A DNA stretch of 24,000 nucleotides from Caldivirga maquilingensis IC-167. GTDB taxonomy: Archaea > Thermoproteota > Thermoprotei > Thermoproteales > Thermocladiaceae. The position numbers and the translations under genes were made by a program. Position 1 is the stretch's first letter, and each line of letters begins with the position of its first letter. Of this stretch, positions 1-7,443 are shown piece after piece. Under the pieces are notes generated by a model. The model was not told where the DNA came from, made no database searches, and worked only from the letters and a program-made list of their open reading frames with translations. The DNA is taken from contig NC_009954.1 of assembly GCF_000018305.1 (NCBI RefSeq), forward strand, positions 30,025 to 54,024, in the 5' to 3' direction.

Positions 1-371
1 GCTATGGCTATTAGTGAGTAGTAGACTAAGGATTCTATGACGAATCCGAGGGCCAGCCCGAAAACTAACCAAGCCAACTTTGCTCCAAAGGCCCTGGTTA
101 ACCATACGTAGTCTCCTCCTGTTCTTGGTATGTGTTTTGTTAGTGTTGTGTATGTTATTATTTGTGGTATTGATAGTGTGAAGGCTATTATTGATGCTGC
201 AACTAGGTTAACACCAGACACTGTGGGTAAGGAGGCTAGTGTAAAACCAACAGTACCCAAAGCAGCACCAACAGACATATTAGCAACATTAACACTAACA
301 GCATCAACAAAACCAGCCTCCCTAACCAAACCAGTAGAACCCCTAACAAACAAACCCTTACTATTCTCCAT
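1..371 (-). CDS. APC-superfamily amino acid/polyamine permease, N-terminal part (gene runs off the left edge)
   Basis: Absent from the ORF track because it is truncated. A minus-strand ATG at 371..369 opens a frame with no stop down to nt 1. Hand translation: MENSKGLFVRGSTGLVREAGFVDAVSVNVANMSVGAALGTVGFTLASLPTVSGVNLVAASIIAFTLSIPQIITYTTLTKHIPRTGGDYVWLTRAFGAKLAWLVFGLALGFVIESLVYYSLIAI. It has hydrophobic TM-like segments and a P-x-TGGDY-x-W-x-x-RAFG signature typical of APC permeases. A TATA-like box lies about 25 nt upstream. Confidence 0.6.
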   Translation of the reverse strand, partial: MENSKGLFVRGSTGLVREAGFVDAVSVNVANMSVGAALGTVGFTLASLPTVSGVNLVAASIIAFTLSIPQIITYTTLTKHIPRTGGDYVWLTRAFGAKLAWLVFGLALGFVIESLVYYSLIAI

Positions 372-392
372 ATAAACCGCTGAGTAAATTGG

Positions 393-400
393 TTTAAATA
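393..400 (-). promoter_or_regulatory. TATA-like box (TATTTAAA on the minus strand) for the permease gene
   Basis: 21 nt separate the box from the ATG at 371. The same spacing is seen at most genes in this window and fits leaderless archaeal transcripts. Confidence 0.4.
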
Positions 401-430
401 GTTTTCCTTTATTTTAAAATAAAATTAAGT

Positions 431-469
431 TAATTGATTACATGATTATCATCATCATGTAATCAATTA
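431..469. repeat. Perfect 16-bp inverted repeat TAATTGATTACATGAT / ATCATGTAATCAATTA with a 7-nt spacer (tatcatc)
   Basis: Verified base by base: arms 431..446 and 454..469. It lies about 70 nt downstream of the stop of the 538..1956 gene and 30-70 nt upstream of the permease TATA. On the minus strand it is followed by a T-rich tract (AATTTTATTTT, about 425..415). It could therefore be a terminator hairpin, an operator, or both. Each arm carries the TAATTGATTA 10-mer seen at the pur promoters. Confidence 0.8.
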
Positions 470-537
470 CATAAATGATAAGCACATAGCCTAGCATGAA
501 TCCCAGGATCAATAATGGGGATACCTTGATTTTTACA

Positions 538-1956
538 TTACTTCAATTTATTAAATAATTCATTTTTAACATCCTTACCAAGCTTAGTTAATATACCCCA
601 GGCAGCAATCACACCTGTAGCTGCTGCAACATTGATTCCCCTTGATAAGCCTGCTCCATCGCCTGCGGCGAATAAGCCATCAATGGTGGTTTCCATTAAC
701 TTATTCACAACAGCCCTCATGCTGTAGTACTTTATTTCAGGCGCGTAGAGTAGTGTGTACTTTGATGCTAAGCCGGGCACCACGTTATCAACCTTATGTA
801 GGAATTCCAGGAGGTTGTCAATAATCCTGTGGGGTAGCGCCATCCCTATATCCCCTGGCGTCACGAATTTAAGGGTTGGCTCCACTATACTCCTCCTAAT
901 CCTATCCCACGTAGACCTCCTGCCATCCTCCAGGTCACCAAGCCTCTGGATAATTGGCCTCCCTCCACCTAGCTTAGTGGCTAATTTGGCTATGGATTTA
1001 CCGTACTCAATAGTATCCTCCATTGGGTCCGTTAACCTTATTGATGTTAGTAACGCGAAGTTAGTGTTACTGCTCTTCCTATCCAGGTAGGTTTCACCGT
1101 TGACGCCGATGGTTTTATCATCGTAATTCTCCATTACCACGAAGCCACCTGGATTAACGCAGAATGTCCTAACCTTATCGTCATGTGACTTAGTGTACAT
1201 TATTACTTTAGGATCCATGTATAGTTCAGTTAAGGGATCCATAACGTATCTAGGTACCTCAACCCTAACCCCCACGTCCAGTGGATTCGGGTTAAGCTCA
1301 ATACCAATCCTCCTAGCCTCATCCCTAAACCACTCTGCCCCAGCCCTACCTGGTGCAATAAGCACTGTTTTAGCCTCCAAGTCACCCCTCTTAGTCTTAA
1401 GCCTGAATAAGCCGTCACTACGCGTAATATGTTCAACAGCTGTACCCACTATTATGTTGACGCCGGCCTCCTTAAGGTATGATGTGAAGTTTTCAATAAC
1501 CCTGATTGAGCCATCAGTCCCAATGTGCCTTTGCCTAATGGGTACTAATTGAGCCCCAACCTTAGCTAAGGATCTTTGATAATCCTCGAATAGTGAGCCG
1601 CTTGGTTCAAAAACCCTATCCTGCGGTGCACCGAACTTAATGAATACTTCATCAACGTAATTTATAATACTCATTGATGCGCTCCAACTACCCACTAGTT
1701 CATGCAAGTCACCACCTATGTCTGGTCTCAGGTTTATTATACCACTGCTGAATAATCCCGCACCCCCTATACCGTGAGTTATGTGGCATGGAACACATAC
1801 GCATTTACCAACCTTAGATAATGGGCAATGCCTCTGCCTAGCCATATAACCCTTATCCACTAATGCTATTCTTAATCCATCAGCATTCCTGGTGAGTTCA
1901 TACGCCGCAAATAAGCCCGCTGGTCCAGCCCCAATTATCGCTATGTCGTAAGTCAC
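538..1956 (-). CDS. FAD-dependent oxidoreductase of the uncharacterised COG2509 type
   Basis: N-terminal dinucleotide-binding motif [10 protein letters not shown]. Cys-rich segment [32 protein letters not shown]-terminal FAAGDGAG motif. GTG start at 1956..1954 overlaps the purA stop (GTGA). Confidence 0.75.
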   Translation of the reverse strand: MTYDIAIIGAGPAGLFAAYELTRNADGLRIALVDKGYMARQRHCPLSKVGKCVCVPCHITHGIGGAGLFSSGIINLRPDIGGDLHELVGSWSASMSIINYVDEVFIKFGAPQDRVFEPSGSLFEDYQRSLAKVGAQLVPIRQRHIGTDGSIRVIENFTSYLKEAGVNIIVGTAVEHITRSDGLFRLKTKRGDLEAKTVLIAPGRAGAEWFRDEARRIGIELNPNPLDVGVRVEVPRYVMDPLTELYMDPKVIMYTKSHDDKVRTFCVNPGGFVVMENYDDKTIGVNGETYLDRKSSNTNFALLTSIRLTDPMEDTIEYGKSIAKLATKLGGGRPIIQRLGDLEDGRRSTWDRIRRSIVEPTLKFVTPGDIGMALPHRIIDNLLEFLHKVDNVVPGLASKYTLLYAPEIKYYSMRAVVNKLMETTIDGLFAAGDGAGLSRGINVAAATGVIAAWGILTKLGKDVKNELFNKLK

Positions 1957-2963
1957 TGCGACTCACCCCTTAAATCAACCATGTCTAACGCATCCTCCCC
2001 CGTTCCAATTAACGTAACCGGCACACCCAACTCTTCACTAATATTGTTTATCCACTTCCTAGCCTCAGTGGGTAATTCCCCCCACTTCCTCCTCCCCCTC
2101 GCCTCAGGGAATAATGCGTCGAGTTTAGTTATGGCTATTTGAGTGGGTTTATTCAGCATTACAGCCCTCTTAGCTAAATCAATGTTAAACGGTGCAACCC
2201 TCCTTAACCTACCGGTCACAGTACCCTTCTCAACCCAACCCCTAGCCTCCGCCTCCTCAGGCTTTAACTCACCAGGTAATTCCCCTGCACCAACCCTACT
2301 TACGAATGCCTTAAAGATTAATATAATATCACTCACACTCCTTGGGCTAACACCAACCTCACTAATAATACCTGAAGCAGTGGTGTCCCTACTTGTGACG
2401 TATGGGTACGTGCCATGGTATAGGCTTAGGAATGTTCCCTGAGTACCCTCAATAATCACAAGCCTACCCCTCTCCAGTGATTCATTAACCTCCCTTGGCA
2501 CATCAATTAACATGCCCCTTAACTCCTCGAAATCCCTAGCCAACTTAAGTCTCCTAAGAACCCTATCCACCATGGCTGCCCCAACCCCCTGGCCCGTTGA
2601 ACCAATAGTCTTCATTAAGTACTCATCCCTCCTTTCCGCCTCAACATGCTTATCCTCAATTATACCCGAGGAGTAGTCAACCCAAACCCTCCCCCTACTG
2701 CCTGTCTCATCAATCTCCCTCATTAAGACACTAATACTGAATAAAGCCCCTGGGGCAATCATTAACCTGGTTTCCTCATTAGGGAAGCATGAGGGTATTA
2801 TCCTAACCTTCCATGTACGGTCCCTTAGATTAACCGTGTGTCCTGCATTTATTGAACCTGTCCTAACGCATATGTCGGGTTTATCAACGAGACTGAGGTA
2901 TGAGATGACTTTGCCCTTACCCTCGTCACCGAAGAAACCACCCACAACTACTGTAAGAGGCAC
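1953..2963 (-). CDS. purA: Adenylosuccinate synthetase (short archaeal form)
   Basis: 336 aa. P-loop-like GDEGKGK near the N-terminus, then SINAGHTV and TGQGVG motifs. GTG start. TATA-like CTTAAAAA about 24 nt upstream on the minus strand. Confidence 0.9.
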   Translation of the reverse strand: MPLTVVVGGFFGDEGKGKVISYLSLVDKPDICVRTGSINAGHTVNLRDRTWKVRIIPSCFPNEETRLMIAPGALFSISVLMREIDETGSRGRVWVDYSSGIIEDKHVEAERRDEYLMKTIGSTGQGVGAAMVDRVLRRLKLARDFEELRGMLIDVPREVNESLERGRLVIIEGTQGTFLSLYHGTYPYVTSRDTTASGIISEVGVSPRSVSDIILIFKAFVSRVGAGELPGELKPEEAEARGWVEKGTVTGRLRRVAPFNIDLAKRAVMLNKPTQIAITKLDALFPEARGRRKWGELPTEARKWINNISEELGVPVTLIGTGEDALDMVDLRGESQ

Positions 2964-3027
2964 TTTTTAATTAAATAATGCAGCATGTTTTTAAGTTTTT
3001 CGTTTAATAATTAACACATTATTGAGT

Positions 3028-3037
3028 TAATCAATTA
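3028..3037. promoter_or_regulatory. TAATTGATTA motif instance (reverse orientation) in the purA/purB divergent intergenic region
   Basis: TAATCAATTA at 3028..3037 is the exact reverse complement of the 10-mer. It sits in the quasi-palindrome TTAATCAATTAAATGATTAG (3027..3046), 14 nt upstream of the purB TATA (ATTTATTAA, 3051..3059). Confidence 0.45.
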
Positions 3038-3079
3038 AATGATTAGGAGGATTTATTAACCCCAATTAGATTAACTTAA

Positions 3080-4492
3080 GTGGACATACTAAGCCCCCTT
3101 GATGCCAGGTATAGAAATGAATTAAAGGGTTACCATGAGGTAGCCTCAGAGGATGCCTTCATAATGTACCGCGCCAAGGTTGAGTTACTTTACCTTGAAT
3201 TCCTCATAGATAAATTATCAAAACTAGGCCTAGTGAAACCCATTAATGATGAAGAGAAGCGGAGGCTAAGGGGGATTAGGTTAAGTAGTGGTGATGTTAA
3301 TGAGGTTAGGAGACTTGAGGATGAACTAGGGCATGATGTTAAGGCACTTGAGTACGTGTTGAGAGGCAGGTTAAAGGCCATTGGCCTTGAGGATTACGCC
3401 CACTTAATACACTTAGGGTTAACCTCAGAGGATGTTAATAATTTAGCAATGGGGATAATGATTAAGAGAATACTTTACGAATACTTGATACCAAGCCTAG
3501 TGGATTTAGGTAAGGTACTCGTTAACTTAAGCAATAAGTACGCTGACACCCCCATGCTTGCCAGGACCCATGGTCAACCAGCCACACCAACAACCTTCGG
3601 TAAGGAAATAGCCTACCACTCCCATAGATTATGCTCATGGATAAGCACCTTAATCAACCTTAAGATTAATGGTAAGGTAGCTGGGGCAAGTGGTTCAATG
3701 GCTAGCTTCACCATGATTGCTCAATTGGATTGGCCTAGGGAATTAATGAACTTCGTATCATCACTCGGCCTTGAACCCACACCAGTGGCGACTCAAATCC
3801 TCCCCCCAGATAATTTAAATCATATTATTGCAGCAGTGGGTTTAACATCATATTCATTAATTAACCTGGCTCAAGACATGTGGATGTACTCAATGCTTGG
3901 TTACATTAAGTTTAAGGGAAGGGTAATTGGGTCATCCACAATGCCTCATAAGGTTAATCCAGTAGACCTTGAGAATGCTGAGGGTAATTTAAAGCTGGGG
4001 GCCTCAATGCTCATGGAGATTTCTAAAATCCTGCAATCAAGCAGGTTACAGAGGGATTTAAGTGATTCAACGATTAAGAGGAATCTTGGGTTAGCCATGG
4101 GTTACGTGGTGCTTGGATCAAGGAGACTTAGGAAGTTCATGGAGGGTATTGAGGTTAATGAGGAGGCCTTAACCAATGATTTAAATAATCATTGGGAAGT
4201 CTTAAGTGAGGCTGTTCAAGTTAGGTTAAGGGTACTTGGCCAGGCTAATGCCTATGAGAAGTCGCTGAAACTCTTTAGAGTGCCGAGAATGAGCATGAGT
4301 GATTACATTAATGCGATTAAGGAGTTAGGCGTTAACGATGAGTTGCTGTTGAATTTAAGGCCGAGCAACTACATAGGTTATGCTAGTGTGATTGCGAGGA
4401 ATATTGCTGAATCATGCACTCAACTACTTAATAAGGCTGAGGATACTTGCATTAAGGAGAGTGAGGCCATGAGTGCGCTTGGGTTTAAGTGA
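3080..4492 (+). CDS. purB: Adenylosuccinate lyase
   Basis: 470 aa. Fumarate-lyase superfamily signature GSSTMPHKVNP, plus LTSEDVNN and THGQPATPTTFGKE segments. GTG start 25 nt downstream of the TATA centre. Confidence 0.9.
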   Translation: MDILSPLDARYRNELKGYHEVASEDAFIMYRAKVELLYLEFLIDKLSKLGLVKPINDEEKRRLRGIRLSSGDVNEVRRLEDELGHDVKALEYVLRGRLKAIGLEDYAHLIHLGLTSEDVNNLAMGIMIKRILYEYLIPSLVDLGKVLVNLSNKYADTPMLARTHGQPATPTTFGKEIAYHSHRLCSWISTLINLKINGKVAGASGSMASFTMIAQLDWPRELMNFVSSLGLEPTPVATQILPPDNLNHIIAAVGLTSYSLINLAQDMWMYSMLGYIKFKGRVIGSSTMPHKVNPVDLENAEGNLKLGASMLMEISKILQSSRLQRDLSDSTIKRNLGLAMGYVVLGSRRLRKFMEGIEVNEEALTNDLNNHWEVLSEAVQVRLRVLGQANAYEKSLKLFRVPRMSMSDYINAIKELGVNDELLLNLRPSNYIGYASVIARNIAESCTQLLNKAEDTCIKESEAMSALGFK

Positions 4493-4506
4493 GTCTTCAA
4501 TTTAAT

Positions 4507-4516
4507 TAATTGATTA
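4507..4516. promoter_or_regulatory. TAATTGATTA motif instance upstream of the purP promoter
   Basis: Exact 10-mer, 15 nt after the purB stop and about 25 nt upstream of the purP TATA (ATATTTAAAA, 4539..4548). Confidence 0.45.
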
Positions 4517-4551
4517 AACGTTAACTAGCCTTTGCGAAATATTTAAAAGGT

Positions 4552-4561
4552 AAATTGATTA
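4552..4561. promoter_or_regulatory. Near-exact motif instance (AAATTGATTA, 9/10) between the purP TATA box and start codon
   Basis: It lies between the TATA (4539..4548) and the ATG (4572), where a bound protein would block initiation. It is followed by GATTACATG, which also occurs in the 431..469 palindrome. Confidence 0.4.
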
Positions 4562-4571
4562 GTATGATTAC

Positions 4572-5621
4572 ATGGTAACTATAGCCGTACTGGCAAGCCA
4601 CTCAGCATTAGACGTACTGGATGGTGCAAAGGATGAGGGCTTCAACACAATAGCGGTAGCCAAGAGGGGTAGGGATTTACCTTACCGTGAATTCCCAGTG
4701 GTGGATAAGTTGATTCTCGTCGATGATTTCAAGGAGTTGATCAGTGACCGTGTAATTAATGAGTTGAGGAACAGTGAAGCCGTCTTCATACCCAATAGAT
4801 CCTTTGCAGTGTACGTAGGTTACGATAATATTGAGGATAAATTCCCAATACCAATATTCGGTAATAGGAGGCTACTCAGGTGGGAGGAGAGGACTGGTCC
4901 ATGTAATTACTATAAGTTACTTGACCATGCTGGGATTAGGAGACCAAGAACCTTCAATAGTATTGATGAGGTTGATAGACCCGTTATAGTTAAGCTCCCT
5001 GAAGCTGCTAGGAGGGTTGAGAGGGGGTTCTTTATAGCTAGGGATAGGGATGACGCCTTAAGGAAGGTTAAGGAATTAGCTGATAAAGGTATCATAAGGT
5101 TAAGTGACTTGGATAATGCATCAATAGAGGAGTTAGTTATTGGCGCCCATTTCAACGCCAATTACTTCCACTCTAAGGTAAGGGGAAGGCTTGAGTTACA
5201 TAGTTTCGATAGAAGGATTCAATCAAACCTAGATGGCGTCTACAGGATACCGGCTCAGGATCAAATTGGGCTTAACATTGATGTTAGGTACATTGAGGTT
5301 GGGCATGAACCAGCAACCATAAGGGAGAGCCTACTTGAGAAGGTTTTTGAAATTGGGCATAGGTTCGTTAAGGCAACTGAGGAAATGGTACCACCCGGGG
5401 TTATAGGGCCGTTTACCCTTCAATTCATGGTAACCCCTGAATTAGACCTGGTGGTTTATGATGTCGCACCCAGAATAGGCGGTGGCACTAATGCTTACCT
5501 GGGTATTGGCGGGCAATACAGTAAACTCTACTTCGGTAAACCCATATCAATAGGTAGGAGAATAGCCATTGAGGTTAAGGAGGCTGTAGCCAATAGCATG
5601 CTTGAGAAGGTGACCACATGA
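4572..5621 (+). CDS. purP: 5-formaminoimidazole-4-carboxamide ribonucleotide (FAICAR) synthetase, ATP-grasp PurP family
   Basis: 349 aa. N-terminal [21 protein letters not shown] segment characteristic of archaeal PurP. ATP-grasp-like central and C-terminal region. The stop overlaps the next start (ATGA at 5618..5621). Confidence 0.85.
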   Translation: MVTIAVLASHSALDVLDGAKDEGFNTIAVAKRGRDLPYREFPVVDKLILVDDFKELISDRVINELRNSEAVFIPNRSFAVYVGYDNIEDKFPIPIFGNRRLLRWEERTGPCNYYKLLDHAGIRRPRTFNSIDEVDRPVIVKLPEAARRVERGFFIARDRDDALRKVKELADKGIIRLSDLDNASIEELVIGAHFNANYFHSKVRGRLELHSFDRRIQSNLDGVYRIPAQDQIGLNIDVRYIEVGHEPATIRESLLEKVFEIGHRFVKATEEMVPPGVIGPFTLQFMVTPELDLVVYDVAPRIGGGTNAYLGIGGQYSKLYFGKPISIGRRIAIEVKEAVANSMLEKVTT

Positions 5622-6631
5622 ATATTGAGGCTACTTTAAAGAACTATGACTTAAGTAAATTAAACGTAGTCACAATAGCCAGTCACTCATCGCTCCAAAT
5701 ATTGAGGGGGGCTAAGAGGCATGGGTTAGGTACCGTGGCTGTGGCTAAGCCTGGGTCGGGTTGGTTTTACAGGCGTTTTAACTTCATAGATAATGTTATT
5801 GAAATTGATTTAGGCAGTATGGAGCAACTTGCAGGTGACTTGGTTAAGAATAATGCAATACTCATACCCCACGGTAGCTACGTGGAGTACGTTGGGTGGA
5901 GGAGGGCATTAAGCATGCCTATTCCAACCTTCGGTAACAGGTACATTATTGAATGGGAGGCTGATCAGAGGAAGAAGATGAGGCTACTGGAGTATGCTGG
6001 AATACCCATACCTAGGTCATTTAATGACCCGACCCAAGTCGATAGGCCTGTTATAGTTAAGTTATCTGGTGCAAAGGGTGGTAGGGGTTACTTCATAGCT
6101 AAGGATGCCGGTGAACTTGCAGGTAAATTAAGCAGTATTAATACGGATGATTACATAATACAGGAGTACGTGATTGGTGTACCAGCCTACTACCACTACT
6201 TCGACTCTAAGGTATATGATCGTGTTGAATTGTTTGGAATGGATTTAAGGTATGAGAGTAACGTTGACGGTAGATTATTCAACCTAGCTGAACCAACCTT
6301 CGTAGTTACTGGTAATATTCCACTGGTTCTAAGGGAGTCCCTACTACCCACGGTTCAGAAGTATGGTGAAGACTTCTCAAGGGCTGTTGCGGAATTAGTG
6401 CCACCGGGTATGATAGGGCCGTATAGCTTAGAGTCAATAATTAAGGATGACTTATCAATAGTGGTTTTCGAATTCTCAGGTAGGATTGTTGCAGGTACGA
6501 ACGTATACATGGGTGTAGGTAGCCCATACTCAGTACTGTACTTTAATGAACCAATGGACATGGGGGAGAGGATAGCCCATGAGATAGTGAATGCTGTTAA
6601 AAGAGGTAAATTAATCAATGTATTAACATAG
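5618..6631 (+). CDS. Second, divergent PurP-family paralog
   Basis: 337 aa, collinear with the upstream PurP ([18 protein letters not shown]; DRPVIVKL; [11 protein letters not shown]). By eye only roughly a third of positions are identical. Confidence 0.8.
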   Translation: MNIEATLKNYDLSKLNVVTIASHSSLQILRGAKRHGLGTVAVAKPGSGWFYRRFNFIDNVIEIDLGSMEQLAGDLVKNNAILIPHGSYVEYVGWRRALSMPIPTFGNRYIIEWEADQRKKMRLLEYAGIPIPRSFNDPTQVDRPVIVKLSGAKGGRGYFIAKDAGELAGKLSSINTDDYIIQEYVIGVPAYYHYFDSKVYDRVELFGMDLRYESNVDGRLFNLAEPTFVVTGNIPLVLRESLLPTVQKYGEDFSRAVAELVPPGMIGPYSLESIIKDDLSIVVFEFSGRIVAGTNVYMGVGSPYSVLYFNEPMDMGERIAHEIVNAVKRGKLINVLT

Positions 6632-6680
6632 TCAGCAGCGGCATTCATCCTCATTAATCAGTGGGCTCTAGAATCATCAC
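6632..6680 (-). ncRNA. C/D box sRNA (2-prime-O-methylation guide)
   Basis: Minus strand reads GTGATGA (C box, 6680..6674) - TTCTAGAGCCCA (12 nt) - CTGA (D-prime, 6661..6658) - TTA - ATGAGGA (C-prime, one mismatch, 6654..6648) - TGAATGCCGCTG (12 nt) - CTGA (D, 6635..6632). This is the canonical archaeal layout with two 12-nt guides, 49 nt in total. A TATA box TTTAATAAA (6711..6703, minus strand) is centred about 25-27 nt upstream of the C box. Confidence 0.7.
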
Positions 6681-6905
6681 GCTTAAGGCCCCTTAACTCA
6701 CATTTATTAAATTTCCCAGCATCAAGTAATGCACTGAAAGCCCATGCAGTGGTGAAATCCATGTAATGCATCATCAGTATGGTTAAAGCCGGCAGCATTG
6801 CAGCCGTGGTTAGGCTTAATGCCTTAATAATAATTAATGCGTTACTTAATGTTGATACACCTGCGTGGAGCAAATCTTAAATTAATGAGCTTAAGGGGGA
6901 CTCTT

Positions 6906-7421
6906 ATGCCCATCATCAGCTTCAATGGTAAGGCACCTAGGATTGGTAAGGGTGTCTTCATAGCTAACACAGCGTACGTTATTGGTGATGTGGATATTGG
7001 TGATGAGGTTAGCCTATGGCCTTACGCCGTTGTTAGGGGTGATGAGGACTCTATTTCAATAAGTAGGTTCAGTAATCTGCAGGATCATGCAGTGGTTCAC
7101 ACTGATAAGGGGATTAAGACAATTATAGGTGAGGGGGTTACTGTTGGGCATAGGGCAATAATCCACGGGGCTAGAGTCGGTGACTACGTGCTTGTGGGTA
7201 TGGGGGCTATACTGCTTAATAATGCTGAGATTGGGGAATACTCAATAATAGGCGCTGGCGCCGTGGTCACTGAGGGCACTAGGATACCGCCTAGGAGTGT
7301 GGCTGTGGGTGTACCGGCAAGGGTTATTAGGAGCGTTACTGATGATGATGTACGTAGGATAATTGAGAATTATAAGGCTTACTTAGAATTAGCTAAGCTT
7401 TATGGTGGTAATAGCCTATAG
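6906..7421 (+). CDS. Gamma-class carbonic anhydrase-like / hexapeptide-repeat (LbH) protein, YrdA/PaaY type
   Basis: Left-handed beta-helix hexapeptide repeats. His residues are placed as in the gamma-CA metal site (QDHAVVHTD, VGHRAIIHG). I prefer the ATG at 6906 (MPIISFNGKAPRIG...) over the track's 6837 start, because a TATA-like CTTAAATTAA (6875..6884) lies about 25 nt upstream of 6906. Confidence 0.85.
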   Translation: MPIISFNGKAPRIGKGVFIANTAYVIGDVDIGDEVSLWPYAVVRGDEDSISISRFSNLQDHAVVHTDKGIKTIIGEGVTVGHRAIIHGARVGDYVLVGMGAILLNNAEIGEYSIIGAGAVVTEGTRIPPRSVAVGVPARVIRSVTDDDVRRIIENYKAYLELAKLYGGNSL

Positions 7422-7443
7422 TTATTAAAAACACCTTCCACGG

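Noticed and set aside
130-375. 81-aa plus-strand ORF from the track
   Set aside because: It is antisense to a much more convincing minus-strand permease frame, which is open from 371 to the window edge and carries an APC signature. Its own sequence is low-complexity (T/P/A/K-rich).
6721-6790. Possible second C/D box sRNA on the minus strand starting at CTGATGA (about 6778..6772)
   Set aside because: No CTGA D or D-prime box lies at the required spacing of about 12 nt, and no D box sits within 45-70 nt in a canonical arrangement.
6658-6873. 71-aa TTG-initiated minus-strand ORF with hydrophobic stretches (possible small membrane protein)
   Set aside because: It has a weak TTG start. It overlaps the C/D box sRNA and that sRNA's TATA box, which explain the region better. 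Nothing in the window allows a conservation test. It remains a low-probability alternative.
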